Positions 19,971-31,635 of a stretch of 64,000 bases of DNA are shown here, one piece after another (within the stretch, counting starts at the first letter, position 1; each line of letters opens with the position of its first letter). This DNA is from Saccharolobus islandicus REY15A (GTDB lineage Archaea > Thermoproteota > Thermoprotei_A > Sulfolobales > Sulfolobaceae): assembly GCF_000189555.1 (NCBI RefSeq), contig NC_017276.1. One strand, written 5' to 3'. A program made the position numbers and the translations under genes. The notes under the pieces are model-generated. The model was given only the letters and a program-made list of their open reading frames with translations, did not search any database and was not told the DNA's origin.

Positions 19971-21749
19971 ATGAAGGAATTCAAGTTAGCCGTTTACGTT
20001 ACAGCCCCAACTCTAAAGAGTCTAAATGAAGAAAGGACCAATCATCTTATTGAAAAGCTTAAAGAGCTGGGAGTATCTAAGGTCTATTTGGAGAATTATA
20101 GGGATGGGCTAACGCTGGATGCGAATACAATGGTTAAGTTCAAAGAGGTTTTTGGGAAACAGTTTGAAGTTGCTGGAGGGATGGCTATTGGCACGTGGGG
20201 TGAAGGTTGGGGTGAAATGGAGAATTTTGGTTTCAAAGTAGTTTGTTTAGCTGATGAGAGAAATAGGGAATTAGTCAAAAGAGTTGTTGAAGAGCACGCA
20301 AGTGTTTTTGACGAGATAATAATTGACGATTTTTGGGCTAATTGGTGCCACTCTGAGATTGACGTTAAACTGTTTAACTCGATGTATGGATTAAACTTCA
20401 CTAGAGATACGTTAGTTAAAATGTTGAGAGATCCAGTCGTATCACGTTTATGGTGTGACTACTCTTCTTCTCTGGTCTATAACGTTTCAAGGGATTACGT
20501 TGTAGAGCCGGCTAAGAGAATAAACGGCAAAATTAAGATAACTCTAAAGGTTGCTGAGTGGAGAGAAGACTTCTATCATAAAGGTCTTAAGTTAGATAAG
20601 TTGTCTGAAATCTTTGATAACATTTATGTAGGTACTGAGGCTAGGGAATACACTGCGAGATATGGCTCACTTTACATAGTGGACTATGTAAGGGGTATAG
20701 TTGGTGATAAGTTAAAGGGAGTTTGGTTTGATACCTTCATAGGTGGAGAAGGTGGGGATTACGGTAGTCTTAAAACGTATTTACAACAATTCATTTTGAG
20801 TGCATTTGGCCTTACTGAAGAGTTAACTTTGTTTGAGGCTGGGGATATTTTAGACCTTGAGAGGTGGCACTTATTTGAGGGTATTAAGGAAAATAAGGAA
20901 AAGGTACAGAAGTGGAGAGTAGACATTAAGGAATATGGCAATATGGGTTTGAAGAGGTTACCAGTACAGCATTTTGTACCTCAAAGGGTGGATAAATATG
21001 TAGAAGATCACTTGGGAATAATAGGAATTCCATTAGAAGTTTCTAACGTTGTAAATTCAAACGATATAGTCCTCATTACTGAGTCAGATATTTACCATAT
21101 TGACATTGTCGACTTACTAAATAGAGGAGTTAACTTACTGTTCACGGCCAGTGCAGCTAAAAAACTCATCGAAGTTCTGGGAGATACTGCATTGAAGATC
21201 CTTGGCGTGAGTAACGTAATTTTCGATAGTGTTAATGCAAATGCGTTAACTAAGGATGGAAAGACTTTTTATTGGGCATACTATAAGAGGCAAGGAAACT
21301 TTCCAATTGGGCCTATATTTTCCTTAAACGGCGCTGCACCAATTCTTTACGCCTATGACAATACGGAACTTTATCCAGTAGTCTTCCAGAATACCTATTC
21401 CAATGCTAAAGTTTACGTTATATCCCTTACTTCCTATTTACCATATCTGATTTCAGAGTTTTACCCTAGTATTGCGAGACAAATAATTAGGGATATCGTT
21501 GGAGAGCATATCAGTATAAAGGCTATTTCCGCTTCTCCCCTCTTGTTTTCATTAATAGTTAAAAGAGATGGAGTTGTGACAGTTTTAAATCTAAATGACT
21601 TCCCAATTAGATTAACGTTAAGTGTTGATTCTAAAAAGTACAAAATAAAGAGTGTTGAAGACATGAAATTATTGCAATCTAATGAAAATGAGGTCAGGGT
21701 GAGGTTAAAAGAAAACTCTTTTGGTGTGCTGAGACTTGAAAATGTCTAG
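19971..21749 (+). CDS. Conserved hypothetical protein, possible glycoside-hydrolase-like TIM barrel
   Basis: 592 aa intact ORF directly after xylS; acidic motifs EIIIDDF and GTEARE; function not recognisable. Confidence 0.8.
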   Translation: MKEFKLAVYVTAPTLKSLNEERTNHLIEKLKELGVSKVYLENYRDGLTLDANTMVKFKEVFGKQFEVAGGMAIGTWGEGWGEMENFGFKVVCLADERNRELVKRVVEEHASVFDEIIIDDFWANWCHSEIDVKLFNSMYGLNFTRDTLVKMLRDPVVSRLWCDYSSSLVYNVSRDYVVEPAKRINGKIKITLKVAEWREDFYHKGLKLDKLSEIFDNIYVGTEAREYTARYGSLYIVDYVRGIVGDKLKGVWFDTFIGGEGGDYGSLKTYLQQFILSAFGLTEELTLFEAGDILDLERWHLFEGIKENKEKVQKWRVDIKEYGNMGLKRLPVQHFVPQRVDKYVEDHLGIIGIPLEVSNVVNSNDIVLITESDIYHIDIVDLLNRGVNLLFTASAAKKLIEVLGDTALKILGVSNVIFDSVNANALTKDGKTFYWAYYKRQGNFPIGPIFSLNGAAPILYAYDNTELYPVVFQNTYSNAKVYVISLTSYLPYLISEFYPSIARQIIRDIVGEHISIKAISASPLLFSLIVKRDGVVTVLNLNDFPIRLTLSVDSKKYKIKSVEDMKLLQSNENEVRVRLKENSFGVLRLENV

Positions 21750-23215
21750 TGCCTTAATGGTCTTATAGGTGGTACACTATTTAAGTGCTCTATCTCGTCA
21801 GTTATTCCACCATTTGTAGCGATTTCCCTATATACAAGGGCTGAAGGTCTCCAGTACAGTCTTTTAGTACCATAATCCACCTTTAACAGGCCAAACCTCA
21901 TGGAGAAACCTGAAGCCCATTCGTAATTATCAGCTAAGGACCAGTGCAAATATCCTCTAACATCAGCACTACTATTTATTGCCCTATGAACTTGATAAAC
22001 GTGAGACACCAGATAATAAGGTCTTTGATAATCTGCATCATCCGCAATACCGTTTTCTGTAACGTACATATGGAGATGATACCTATTCCAATACTTCGTT
22101 AAAACGTCATATAACCCCTCTGGGAAGAACTCCCAGCCGAAGTCACTTGTTGGTAATCCTGCTAAGCTTACTGAATTCCTCTCACATCCATGACCATATC
22201 CTCCTAAGCTAACGTATCCCTTTTCGGTCTTCTTAACTACAGTCCTAGTGTAGTAATTAACACCAATCCAGTCTAACCTACCCCTTAAATCATCTCTCAC
22301 AACCTTCTCCCTCCCTTTCATAATCTCACCCCTTATTATGGCATCAAAGAACGCCCATCTGTTATCGTATTCGGCCATTTCAACAGCCTCCATATCTTTC
22401 TCCGTCAACGGTTGGAATGAAGAATTTGCGTAAATTATACCTATTGGCTTCTTAGAAACGCTCTTTATTCCATCATATGCCCTTACGTGAGCTTGAATAA
22501 TGTTGTACATAGCCTTTCTGGAAAGTTCAAAGCTTAGATACCCTGGAGGGAAACCAGACTTAACACCAACATATCCTAAACCTCCAACTACATTAGGTTC
22601 GTTCATTGTCGAGTACTCGTCTACTAGGTCGTCAAACTTCCACGCTATGTAGGCTGAGAATCTGGCGAATTCGTAAACTGTTCTAGTGCTTAGCCAACCC
22701 GTTGGTCCGCTTAAATCTCCTCTTCTTACTCTAATTGGGTCGTGTAGCCACGAGGGTAAGGGCCAATGGTACATGTTTAGTATGAAATAAATCCCCCTAC
22801 TTTTCAAGTCCTTGAATATTTCCCTATAGTGATTTAATGCGTCTTTATTTGCGTGTTCGTCGAGTCTTCTTAGTTCGTTTTGGTTTATTTCAACCTCTGT
22901 AACATCTTGTTTTGATTCGTCAAAGTTTTGTGGTTTTGGTAGTGGGTTTGGAAATATTCTGGACCATTCAACATTTAGTCTAGCCATTTTTAATCCCATT
23001 TTTTGTGCATTGTCGTGGAATGTCTTGTAGTTTCCCCAATAGCCTGGTCCGTTTTCTGGGAGATCTCCGCTTACTAATCCTGCTGCTATATTTTCTGGAT
23101 CATGCACCCATTTATACCAGTCCGTATTTGGATCTTCTGACCCTGGTGTGCCCATTTCAGATTGGAATCCGGCTTGAGACCAACCGAACCTAAAGTTTTT
23201 TGGAAAAGAATACAT
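21746..23215 (-). CDS. lacS: GH1 beta-glycosidase
   Basis: [22 protein letters not shown]; TMNEP acid/base; VTENG nucleophile; 489 aa. Confidence 0.97.
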   Translation of the reverse strand: MYSFPKNFRFGWSQAGFQSEMGTPGSEDPNTDWYKWVHDPENIAAGLVSGDLPENGPGYWGNYKTFHDNAQKMGLKMARLNVEWSRIFPNPLPKPQNFDESKQDVTEVEINQNELRRLDEHANKDALNHYREIFKDLKSRGIYFILNMYHWPLPSWLHDPIRVRRGDLSGPTGWLSTRTVYEFARFSAYIAWKFDDLVDEYSTMNEPNVVGGLGYVGVKSGFPPGYLSFELSRKAMYNIIQAHVRAYDGIKSVSKKPIGIIYANSSFQPLTEKDMEAVEMAEYDNRWAFFDAIIRGEIMKGREKVVRDDLRGRLDWIGVNYYTRTVVKKTEKGYVSLGGYGHGCERNSVSLAGLPTSDFGWEFFPEGLYDVLTKYWNRYHLHMYVTENGIADDADYQRPYYLVSHVYQVHRAINSSADVRGYLHWSLADNYEWASGFSMRFGLLKVDYGTKRLYWRPSALVYREIATNGGITDEIEHLNSVPPIRPLRH

Positions 23216-23235
23216 AACTTTATTTAAGCTCAGTA

Positions 23236-24369
23236 TTATTTAAGCTTTGAGCGAGTATCTTTTATCGTCAAGAATAGGGGAGATACAGAGAATCTTAGTA
23301 TGGATGAAATGATAAGCATGAGATCTATTGAGTACATTGGATTATAAAACTGTGAGACGTAACTATACGCTACTCCCCCTAATATTGATCCAGTCATTAC
23401 TCCGCAACCTACTGTTAAATTATAAACTGCCAAATTTTTCCTTATTGTGAAATCATCTGAGTTATCAAATATATAAGCAATGTAAGTCACTGATCCCACA
23501 GCGTTAGTAAACCCACTGGCTAGGTTAGTAATATAAATGATGTAAATGGAATTAGATAGTGCATAAGATAATGGATAAATGGTAAAAAGTGCGCTACCGA
23601 GGAAAAGCGTTAATCTTCTCTTAGTATCGGTTAATTTAGCCACAATCCTTTGAAACAAGATTGTGGTAACTCCAGTTTCCACACTTAATATTGCTATATT
23701 TTCATCGTTCATGTGGAATTTATATACTTGTGCTAACGGGAAAATTGGCCACGCTAATGATAATACTAGATTAAAGAGGAATACAGTAGCTAAAAATCTT
23801 TTTAACAAAGATGTACTTTTAACTCCCCTTTCCTCGAATGTCGTATCTGTCTCTATCTTTCTAGACAAGTAAGCAGAACCAACAAGCATCAATCCAGAGA
23901 TAAGGAAGAATTCTCTTATTAGCTCCGTGTTACTTCCCGTAATTAAACCCGTTATTAAAGTGGCTGCCAATGCCCCTATTGTTCCGTAAACTAGATATAG
24001 GGATAATGTGGATCCTCTACTATTCTTACTTATTTTATCCATTATCAAATTCCATCCAAAATTTGCAATACCAATACTTATCGTGATAATAAAATAGACA
24101 ATAAGGAATGTTAGGTTAAAGGGTATAAACGCGCTTATAACCCATAGTAGCCCGTTAACTAATGTACCTATAAATATTAGGAGTTTAGCTTTGGATTTAA
24201 TGAAGTTTAGGAAATATTGCGAAATGTTAGGTACTGCATTAGTTGCTGATGTGATTAAGGCTAATTCCTCTGAGTTCATTCCGAAGTACGCTGATACAAA
24301 TGATATGAATGGATTTACCAGATTATTTGCAAGATTTGATAAGATTGCAAAAATTTTTAGATATTTCAA
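23236..24369 (-). CDS. MFS sugar permease upstream of lacS (LacTr-type)
   Basis: About 12 hydrophobic helices; [15 protein letters not shown]; position directly upstream of lacS; TTG start. Confidence 0.85.
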   Translation of the reverse strand: MKYLKIFAILSNLANNLVNPFISFVSAYFGMNSEELALITSATNAVPNISQYFLNFIKSKAKLLIFIGTLVNGLLWVISAFIPFNLTFLIVYFIITISIGIANFGWNLIMDKISKNSRGSTLSLYLVYGTIGALAATLITGLITGSNTELIREFFLISGLMLVGSAYLSRKIETDTTFEERGVKSTSLLKRFLATVFLFNLVLSLAWPIFPLAQVYKFHMNDENIAILSVETGVTTILFQRIVAKLTDTKRRLTLFLGSALFTIYPLSYALSNSIYIIYITNLASGFTNAVGSVTYIAYIFDNSDDFTIRKNLAVYNLTVGCGVMTGSILGGVAYSYVSQFYNPMYSIDLMLIISSILRFSVSPLFLTIKDTRSKLK

Positions 24370-24593
24370 TCAAGTTCACTAGTAATTTTCCATTAGGAAA
24401 TTAAAAGTTAACTTACAATAGTTAATGGATACCAAACCTAAAAATTCTAAATTTGAACGTAATACTACAAGGTTATTCATAATAGAAAGCTTTAAAATGT
24501 ATAGTATAATTCCTACATTTTATTAATGTGTCAGGATTAATTTTTGTATTTATAAACGGATTAATTTAAAAGGCACCAAATTGAAATGTATTT

Positions 24594-25436
24594 ATGGGTT
24601 ATGTAGACGCTCATACACACGTTTGGTTTAAGGAAGCTCTACCCAAGGATTTCTTCTTTAACGATTCGGGCTATGAGTATACACCACCTAGCGTTCAAGA
24701 TATTACAAATGAAATGGACAGTGCTAATATCGACTATATAGTGATAATAGCATATCCCAGCAGAGAGATATGGCGTACTAAGGAGGACTTTCCAATCAAC
24801 ATGATAAGAGTTGTGAAGGAGTACGCAAATAGGTTTTCCATTGTTGGTGGGATCGAGCCAAACAAGTTGAACCTCAATGAGGCTAAGGAGTGGTTAGAAA
24901 AGCAATATGAGGCCGGGGTTTCCGGCTTTAAGTTACATCCAGTCCACTCTCATGTAAAGCCAAATGCTTATAGAGAGGAGGAAGGTGGGCTGAAACAACT
25001 TGAGTTACTTTACGAGTTCGCGCAAGATCACAATTTACCAGTTATTATTCACACTGGTACTAGTGTGTTCTTAAAGGCTAGGAATAAGTACGCTGATCCA
25101 ATATTCGTTGATGACATAGCTGTGGATTTTCCAAGGCTAAAGATCGTATTAGCCCATATGGGGAGGCCCAATTACGTCCCAACAGCTTTCCAACTGGTTA
25201 GGATAAGGAAGAACATCTACGGTGAAATCTCTTCCATTCCTCCCAAGAAACTATTGGAATATTTGCCTAGACTTGAGGAAATAAGGTATAAGACGCTTTA
25301 CGGCAGTGATTACGGTGGGCCAGGTATAAAAAGTATCTCATATAACCTAAAGGAGTTTCTGTCCATAAACATTAGCGAAAAAGCAAAGTTCGATATGGCT
25401 AGCAATAATCCAAAAGCCTTATATAAGCCCTTATAG
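24594..25436 (+). CDS. Amidohydrolase family 2 metal-dependent hydrolase (possible sugar lactonase)
   Basis: DAHTH, KLHP, IHTG, AHMG, YGSDY motifs. Confidence 0.88.
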   Translation: MGYVDAHTHVWFKEALPKDFFFNDSGYEYTPPSVQDITNEMDSANIDYIVIIAYPSREIWRTKEDFPINMIRVVKEYANRFSIVGGIEPNKLNLNEAKEWLEKQYEAGVSGFKLHPVHSHVKPNAYREEEGGLKQLELLYEFAQDHNLPVIIHTGTSVFLKARNKYADPIFVDDIAVDFPRLKIVLAHMGRPNYVPTAFQLVRIRKNIYGEISSIPPKKLLEYLPRLEEIRYKTLYGSDYGGPGIKSISYNLKEFLSINISEKAKFDMASNNPKALYKPL

Positions 25437-26498
25437 TGATATTTTTACTTCCTTATCTTCAATTGATGACCTATATATTCCATCAATAATAGAATGAAGG
25501 ATTACACTCTCCTCACCAGTTACTGGAGGTTCCTTATCTTGTAAAATGCTATCCACAAAAGCCTTTACCATTTCGAAGTATATGTCAACTTTTCTTAGTG
25601 CGGGTTTAGTATCGGTAAGGAAGTTCTCAGTTCTACTGTGGAAGGAAATATCCGTGATCGCCTCATGTCCAGTTGCCTCAATTCCTCCCCTATCCCCTAA
25701 TACCCTTATGTAACTCTTCTCCTCCATATGAGACACATTAGCTGCCCAACCAACTTCTATTATTAAACTTACATCACCTTCAAGCTTTACCAATCCAACA
25801 GCGTAGTCATCCAAACTGAAATTCTCTGGATCCCAAGATCCCCAATTGAACTTAACTTCTTCCTTTTTATTTCCGAATTTCGTATATACCTTACCTACAA
25901 CGCTTTTTGGCTTCCTGAACTTTAACAAGGTAAGTAAATTATCTATTAAATAGCATCCAATATCTAATAGCGCACCCCTTCCTCCAGAAAATGTTTTATC
26001 AATGAACGTAGGTATCCCCGGTATGCCTCTCCTCCTAACTAAATACCCATAGGCTACGTAAGGCTCTCCCAATAAGTCCTTGGCTACGATCTCTTCGCCA
26101 TATTGCAATGCTGGAGAGAATCTACTCCAGTATCCTACCATTAACTTTAATCCCTTCTTTCTAGCCGCATTAACTACCTCCTTAACTTCATCCAAGTTAG
26201 CCCCCAATGGTTTATCAACTAAAACGTTAACTCCCCTATTTAGTACGTCAATGGCTATCTTGGAATGTAATCCAGTTGGCGTTACAATGCTTACGGCATC
26301 GAGGGACTCCTTTTCTATCATCTCCATGTAGTCCAAGTAGCATTTAATCTTGTACTGTAAGGACACTTCCTCACATCTTTCTTTGTTTACATCAGCTATA
26401 GCTATGGCTTCTACTTTATCGTTCAGTTTAGTCAATGGAATTAGATGTCTATTTCTTCCGTGACCACCTACTCCTATGACTCCGTATCTAATTTTCAT
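25431..26498 (-). CDS. Gfo/Idh/MocA oxidoreductase
   Basis: GVGGHG, TPTGLH, VDKP, GALLDIGCY. Confidence 0.9.
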   Translation of the reverse strand: MKIRYGVIGVGGHGRNRHLIPLTKLNDKVEAIAIADVNKERCEEVSLQYKIKCYLDYMEMIEKESLDAVSIVTPTGLHSKIAIDVLNRGVNVLVDKPLGANLDEVKEVVNAARKKGLKLMVGYWSRFSPALQYGEEIVAKDLLGEPYVAYGYLVRRRGIPGIPTFIDKTFSGGRGALLDIGCYLIDNLLTLLKFRKPKSVVGKVYTKFGNKKEEVKFNWGSWDPENFSLDDYAVGLVKLEGDVSLIIEVGWAANVSHMEEKSYIRVLGDRGGIEATGHEAITDISFHSRTENFLTDTKPALRKVDIYFEMVKAFVDSILQDKEPPVTGEESVILHSIIDGIYRSSIEDKEVKISL

Positions 26499-26779
26499 AA
26501 GTATTATATGCTACAAAAGGTTATAAACTATCATACGCAAAGTTTAAATAACAGTTGAAAAGATGAAGTATATTACCCCTAAGTTTGTTAAAAATTCTTA
26601 ATAGTATCACTTGTATCAATAAAAGATCACCATATCCTTTTTATTTTAAATAAAACCTTTTAAATAATAACGTAGTTTTCAACATTTGAAAACGTAATTT
26701 ATACATTCCTACATTGATATAAGTATAGGGCAGTAAGCTTTAAAAACTTGAATATACATTTATATATTAGTGAAACGAA

Positions 26780-26947
26780 ATGGCTTTACTACAGTTGAGG
26801 AAGAAAGAAGAACAACCAAGGAAAGAAGATGAAAAAGAGAGAGAAGAAATAATATCAATTGATAAACTACCAGAAGAATATTTAAGACTTGAATATCCAA
26901 ACGATTGGAAGTATCTGCAAAAGGTAAAAGGATATAGTGTTTTTTGA
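26780..26947 (+). CDS. Small hypothetical protein, 55 aa (below the ORF-track cutoff)
   Basis: MALLQLRKKEEQPRKEDEKEREEIISIDKLPEEYLRLEYPNDWKYLQKVKGYSVF*; TATA-like TTTATATA and GTGA upstream; ends 33 nt before the AKR gene. Confidence 0.55.
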   Translation: MALLQLRKKEEQPRKEDEKEREEIISIDKLPEEYLRLEYPNDWKYLQKVKGYSVF

Positions 26948-26980
26948 AACTATAAATAGCTCTATTCTCGTTTTATATAT

Positions 26981-28006
26981 ATGAAGTATATTAAATTAGG
27001 TGATTCTGGAGTTAAGGTATCTCAAGTTGCTATAGGTACGTGGTTTCTTCCTAGATTACAAGAGAAGGACGAACTAGGTATACATAAAGTGGATAAAGAA
27101 ACTACATTAAAGATCCTTAAAAGAGCGTATGATGAGGGAGTTAACTTCATAGATACTGCAAATAGATATCACGGCGCTATGGCACCAGTGGATTTAGCAC
27201 ATGTAGGTAATGCCGAGCGCATTGTTGGAGAATTTCTAAAAACTGTGAATAGGGAATCTGTCGTAATTTCGACTAAGGTTAGGGGTAAGATGGGTGAGTT
27301 CGCTAATGGAGAAGGTTTGTCTAGGAAACATATACAATGGCAAATTAAGGAAAGCTTGAAAAGGTTAGGCACATCATACATAGATCTCTATTTCATCCAT
27401 TGGCCGGATCCCGATACTCCCAAGCTGGAAACCCTAAGAACGCTGAATAGTTTAGTGAACAATGGCTTAGTTTATTATTTGGGCGTTAGTAATCATTCTG
27501 CAATTGATGTGATGGAATTCCTACATTTAAGTGAGAGGTATAATTTGGAGAAATTCGTGGTAATGCAAGAGAAATACAACATGTTGGAAAGGGATATAGA
27601 GAAAGATAAGGTTGATATCGCAAGAAGGTATGGATTAGCAGTTATGGCTTATTCACCGTTAGCTCAAGGGTTTCTCACTGGAAAGTATACGGATAGAAAT
27701 GGTTGGAAGGTTGAGGAACTTAGTAGAGCTACTATAAGTGAAGACTTAAAGAAAAGATACTTTACCGACGCTAATTTAAAGATATTATTGGGGCTTAAGG
27801 ATATTGCATCAGAACTGGGGATAACCTTGTCCCAATTGGCTATCGCGTGGCTTCTCAAGAGAGGTGATCAGCTCGGTGTTACAGTAATCCCACTTATTGG
27901 AGCCAGTAAAGTTGAGCATTTAGAGGACAACCTATCTGCGTTAAATGTGAATTTGAGAGATGAGCATATGAAAAGAATAGAAGAAATATTAGGAAAATCC
28001 ACATGA
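26981..28006 (+). CDS. Aldo/keto reductase
   Basis: FIDTANRY, STKV, SLKRLGTSYIDLYFIHWPD, YSPLAQGFLTGKY. Confidence 0.93.
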   Translation: MKYIKLGDSGVKVSQVAIGTWFLPRLQEKDELGIHKVDKETTLKILKRAYDEGVNFIDTANRYHGAMAPVDLAHVGNAERIVGEFLKTVNRESVVISTKVRGKMGEFANGEGLSRKHIQWQIKESLKRLGTSYIDLYFIHWPDPDTPKLETLRTLNSLVNNGLVYYLGVSNHSAIDVMEFLHLSERYNLEKFVVMQEKYNMLERDIEKDKVDIARRYGLAVMAYSPLAQGFLTGKYTDRNGWKVEELSRATISEDLKKRYFTDANLKILLGLKDIASELGITLSQLAIAWLLKRGDQLGVTVIPLIGASKVEHLEDNLSALNVNLRDEHMKRIEEILGKST

Positions 28007-28948
28007 CTTGTAAACGTCAAGAGCTGCTCTTAAATCCCTCAAGGCAATTTCAGGTGGCATAGGTACTTCAGTATTGTTTTTCACAGCGTTTACAAATCCC
28101 CTTATTTCTTCCTCTATTGGATTCACCTTTTCAACCTCTATTCTTTCCTTTTTACCATCAACGTTTAATATCAGATCTCCGTAAGGCTTTCCCATAACTC
28201 TCGTATTCGGATCTTCTATTAAACTCCCTTTCTCCCCATAAACCTCAAACGCTGGCACTTTTGGTGGATTTGGGGTTGCCCAACTATATAATAATAGCCC
28301 TAGATGTCCTTTTCTAAACTTAAAAGTCGCTAAACTTAAATCTTCTCCTTCTATACCTGAGAAGTATCTCCCACAAATTCCCTTGACGCTTTCGTATTCT
28401 CCACCTAAATTAAGCAATGTATCTATGAAATGAACACCCCCATCTATAAGTGCTCCTCCTCCCATTTTCTCCTTTTCTCTTCTCCATCCCTTTGGCTGAT
28501 ATAAGTGAGTTGATCTCACAATTATTAGGGATAAGTTCCCTAATCTCGATAAAAGCTCCCTCGCCTTTCTAACTGATGATTCGAAATAGAATTGTTCCAA
28601 AACCATGAATTTCCTTTTAGTCTCTTTTGCAGTATTTATCAATCCCATTGCCTCTTCTATTGTCCTCGCTATTGGCTTCTCTAGCATTAAGTGTTTCCCA
28701 GCCTTCATGGCCATTGCGCCCATTGGGTAGTGTTGGTCATGACTCACTAATAAGTCAACGATGTCAACATCTGATTTTATAACATCTTCGTAATTTGTAA
28801 AATAACTCTTTGCGTTAAACTCCTTTGCACACTCCCTTGCCTTTTCGTCATTTCTGCTAAATACGTAATAGTCTATTCCGCTTATATTCTTCATAGCCCT
28901 TAAATGTACTTTTCCGAAACCGTCACATCCCACTACAGCAATTTTCAC
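27989..28948 (-). CDS. Gfo/Idh/MocA oxidoreductase
   Basis: GCDGFG, SHDQH, LEKP, GGALIDGGVH; GTG start. Confidence 0.9.
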   Translation of the reverse strand: MKIAVVGCDGFGKVHLRAMKNISGIDYYVFSRNDEKARECAKEFNAKSYFTNYEDVIKSDVDIVDLLVSHDQHYPMGAMAMKAGKHLMLEKPIARTIEEAMGLINTAKETKRKFMVLEQFYFESSVRKARELLSRLGNLSLIIVRSTHLYQPKGWRREKEKMGGGALIDGGVHFIDTLLNLGGEYESVKGICGRYFSGIEGEDLSLATFKFRKGHLGLLLYSWATPNPPKVPAFEVYGEKGSLIEDPNTRVMGKPYGDLILNVDGKKERIEVEKVNPIEEEIRGFVNAVKNNTEVPMPPEIALRDLRAALDVYKSCGFS

Positions 28949-29043
28949 AGCCTAATAAATTAGTTTTTTAAATATTTAAACATTACCTTTTATGGTGCGG
29001 TAATAGAAATCTTTTTAAGTTAAATCAAAAAATAAGGCTATTC

Positions 29044-31635
29044 GTGAAGAGAGCATCTATAGTGACTTCGAAGTTTAAGGCTGAAGTTAAGACCGATTTG
29101 GATAGGGAATTGAATTTGAGAGAAGAGTTAGTTAAAATTGATGGTAATAGGGTGTCAGTTTTTGATGGCGATAAGGAGGTATTCAGTGTGGATAATGTAA
29201 TAAAACTTTCCTTGGAGACAGGTATAAGCGTGGATAAACTAATAGGCTTTACTTCAGACGGTAAGGAAATTGAGATTGCTTATTTCACCAAGAGAAAGGA
29301 GGAATTATTCAAGAAGGTTATTGATGCGTTTAATAAGGGTGAGCAGATAGAAGTAAAGGATGAGGAGAGTGAGGAGGGTGTAAGAGTTGGTGTAGGCACA
29401 CTAAGGTGGCTTTGGAACATTGCTTCTAGATATAGGAAGACAATGATATTTGGCGCTACTCTTTCCTTAATAACAACTGGCCTTAATCTAGTTCCTCCAT
29501 ACTTACTTAAAATATTAATTGATAGCGTATTATTATCGCCCTCTCACCCTTCCACGCTCTTCATCAACATTATAGTGTATTTAATAGCATCATATTCGGC
29601 ACTTGCTTTATTATCTTCTATTCAGAATAGAACACTAAACAATCTAGGTTCCAGAATAATAAACGATTTAAGGGAAATACTGTACAAACATGCGATTAAC
29701 CACGATTATTCATTCATAGAGAGAATATCTCCTAGTAGGATACTCTCTAGACTTACGACTGATGCAGGAAATACAAATTGGCTATTGGTTTGGGGATTGC
29801 CGACACTTGTTACCAACTTATTTACAATAATTGGAATAGGAGTGATTTTATTTACATTAAATCCTACGTTAGCAGCTTTCATATTAATCCCAGTACCCGC
29901 AATAATATACTTGATCATCTCGTATAGAAGAAAGTCCCATAGGCTCTACCATCGAAATTGGAGGAGAAGTGCAGATATTACCTCTAGGATAAATGATACA
30001 ATACCTAACTTCCTCGTAGTTAGATCCTTTTCCAAAGAGGAATATGAGTCCAAAAGGCTAAGGGAAATGTTGAATAAGCTTTATGAATCCAGTATTGCGA
30101 TTAATAAGATGAACTCAGTATACTGGCCTTTAATGGGATTCGTAGTTAATCTCTCAACTGTATTAATATGGTGGGTAGGAGGACATGAGGTAATCTCTGG
30201 TATTATAGAAATAGGTGTGATAACAGCGTTTATAGCTTACGTTTCCCAGTTTTACGGACCAATCAATAACTTAAGTAACGTTTTGCCATTTATACAACAG
30301 TCTTTAACATCTGCAGAGAGGATTAGGGAAGTTTTAGAAGTTAAACCTCAAATAACAAATCCGGAAAACCCTAAGAGACCTAATATGCCTGCTGAGATAC
30401 GTTTCGAACATGTTTACTTCGGTTATGATCCGCACTTCCCCGTAGTTAAGGATATTAATATTGAAATAAAGCCAGGGGAAAAAGTAGCAATTGTTGGCAA
30501 AAGCGGTTCAGGGAAGAGTACGATAGCTAAACTGCTTCTGCGGTTCTATGACGTTAATGAGGGTAGAATTCTCATTGATGGCATAGATATTAGAGAAATA
30601 GATTTAAATTATCTAAGAAGGAAAGTGGCGTATGTACCTCAAGACGTCGTATTATTTGATACCACGGTAGGATATAACGTTGTATATGGTACAGATAATC
30701 TAAGTGAGGTTGACATAATTAGAGCATGTAAGATTGCCAAAATCCACGATGAGATAGTTAAGTTACCGTTCGCTTATGATACAATTTTAGGGGAAAGGGG
30801 AACGTATTTATCAGGAGGACAGAGACAGAGGTTAAGTATTGCGAGGGCAATTATAAAGAATCCAGATGTGTTGATATTTGATGAAGCAACTTCTAATTTG
30901 GACGTTACAAGTGAAAGAGAGGTTTACGAAACAATGATGGATGTCTCTAAGGGTAAGACGGTAATAATGATAACGCATAATGTGCATGAGGTTATGAACT
31001 CAGATAAGGTTATAGTCTTAAGTAATGGTAAAGTGGTGGAGGAAGGAAAGCCAATTGAGTTACTAAATAAGAAAGGGGAATTCTATAAAATGTTTAAGGA
31101 ACAGATTAACGAGGAAAATATCTTCGCCAGAATGAAACAAAATAGCAAAGAGGAGAAAATTATTGTAAACCTTATTGATATTCATAATGTGAAGATAGAT
31201 CAATCTGTTAGGAGAAGTACCGTAGATGTTATTTATCAAGGGAAGGTGTACCGGGTTTTAGTGCCAAAAATGTTATTTCCAATAACTAAACCAACGTTTA
31301 TAGGTCTTTATGACGAGAGTGGTAAGGAGATATTCTTGATAGATGATTATACTAAATTGGACGAAAAATCTCGTAAAGTATTAGAGAATGCATTAGCTTA
31401 TAATAATTTAATATTCCAAGTGAGGAAAATAAACGAGATTAACATAAAGGGTGATCAATTGGAATGGGACGTGGAAACTAATAAAGGTCCAATAAAGGTC
31501 TACACGATTGGAAGGAGGAACGTAGTTGTCCTAGATTCTAAAGTAGTTTTGATTGATAAAAACGATAATCTTTACGAAATTGATCTGGATAAGATAGATA
31601 GGAAGAGCTTTAAGATACTGGTTGAGACTGTTTAA
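29044..31635 (+). CDS. ABC exporter (TMD plus NBD) with N-terminal extension and C-terminal DUF1854-like domain
   Basis: Walker A GKSGSGKS, signature LSGGQRQ, Walker B FDEATS; C-terminal LFPIT.P...IGLYD.SGKE...WDVETNKG...LID.NDNLYEI resembles DUF1854. Confidence 0.88.
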   Translation: MKRASIVTSKFKAEVKTDLDRELNLREELVKIDGNRVSVFDGDKEVFSVDNVIKLSLETGISVDKLIGFTSDGKEIEIAYFTKRKEELFKKVIDAFNKGEQIEVKDEESEEGVRVGVGTLRWLWNIASRYRKTMIFGATLSLITTGLNLVPPYLLKILIDSVLLSPSHPSTLFINIIVYLIASYSALALLSSIQNRTLNNLGSRIINDLREILYKHAINHDYSFIERISPSRILSRLTTDAGNTNWLLVWGLPTLVTNLFTIIGIGVILFTLNPTLAAFILIPVPAIIYLIISYRRKSHRLYHRNWRRSADITSRINDTIPNFLVVRSFSKEEYESKRLREMLNKLYESSIAINKMNSVYWPLMGFVVNLSTVLIWWVGGHEVISGIIEIGVITAFIAYVSQFYGPINNLSNVLPFIQQSLTSAERIREVLEVKPQITNPENPKRPNMPAEIRFEHVYFGYDPHFPVVKDINIEIKPGEKVAIVGKSGSGKSTIAKLLLRFYDVNEGRILIDGIDIREIDLNYLRRKVAYVPQDVVLFDTTVGYNVVYGTDNLSEVDIIRACKIAKIHDEIVKLPFAYDTILGERGTYLSGGQRQRLSIARAIIKNPDVLIFDEATSNLDVTSEREVYETMMDVSKGKTVIMITHNVHEVMNSDKVIVLSNGKVVEEGKPIELLNKKGEFYKMFKEQINEENIFARMKQNSKEEKIIVNLIDIHNVKIDQSVRRSTVDVIYQGKVYRVLVPKMLFPITKPTFIGLYDESGKEIFLIDDYTKLDEKSRKVLENALAYNNLIFQVRKINEINIKGDQLEWDVETNKGPIKVYTIGRRNVVVLDSKVVLIDKNDNLYEIDLDKIDRKSFKILVETV

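Noticed and set aside
26780-31635. RiPP/bacteriocin system (55-aa peptide plus ABC exporter)
   Set aside because: No leader or cleavage motif, no C39 peptidase domain and no modifying enzyme; the genes are not adjacent.
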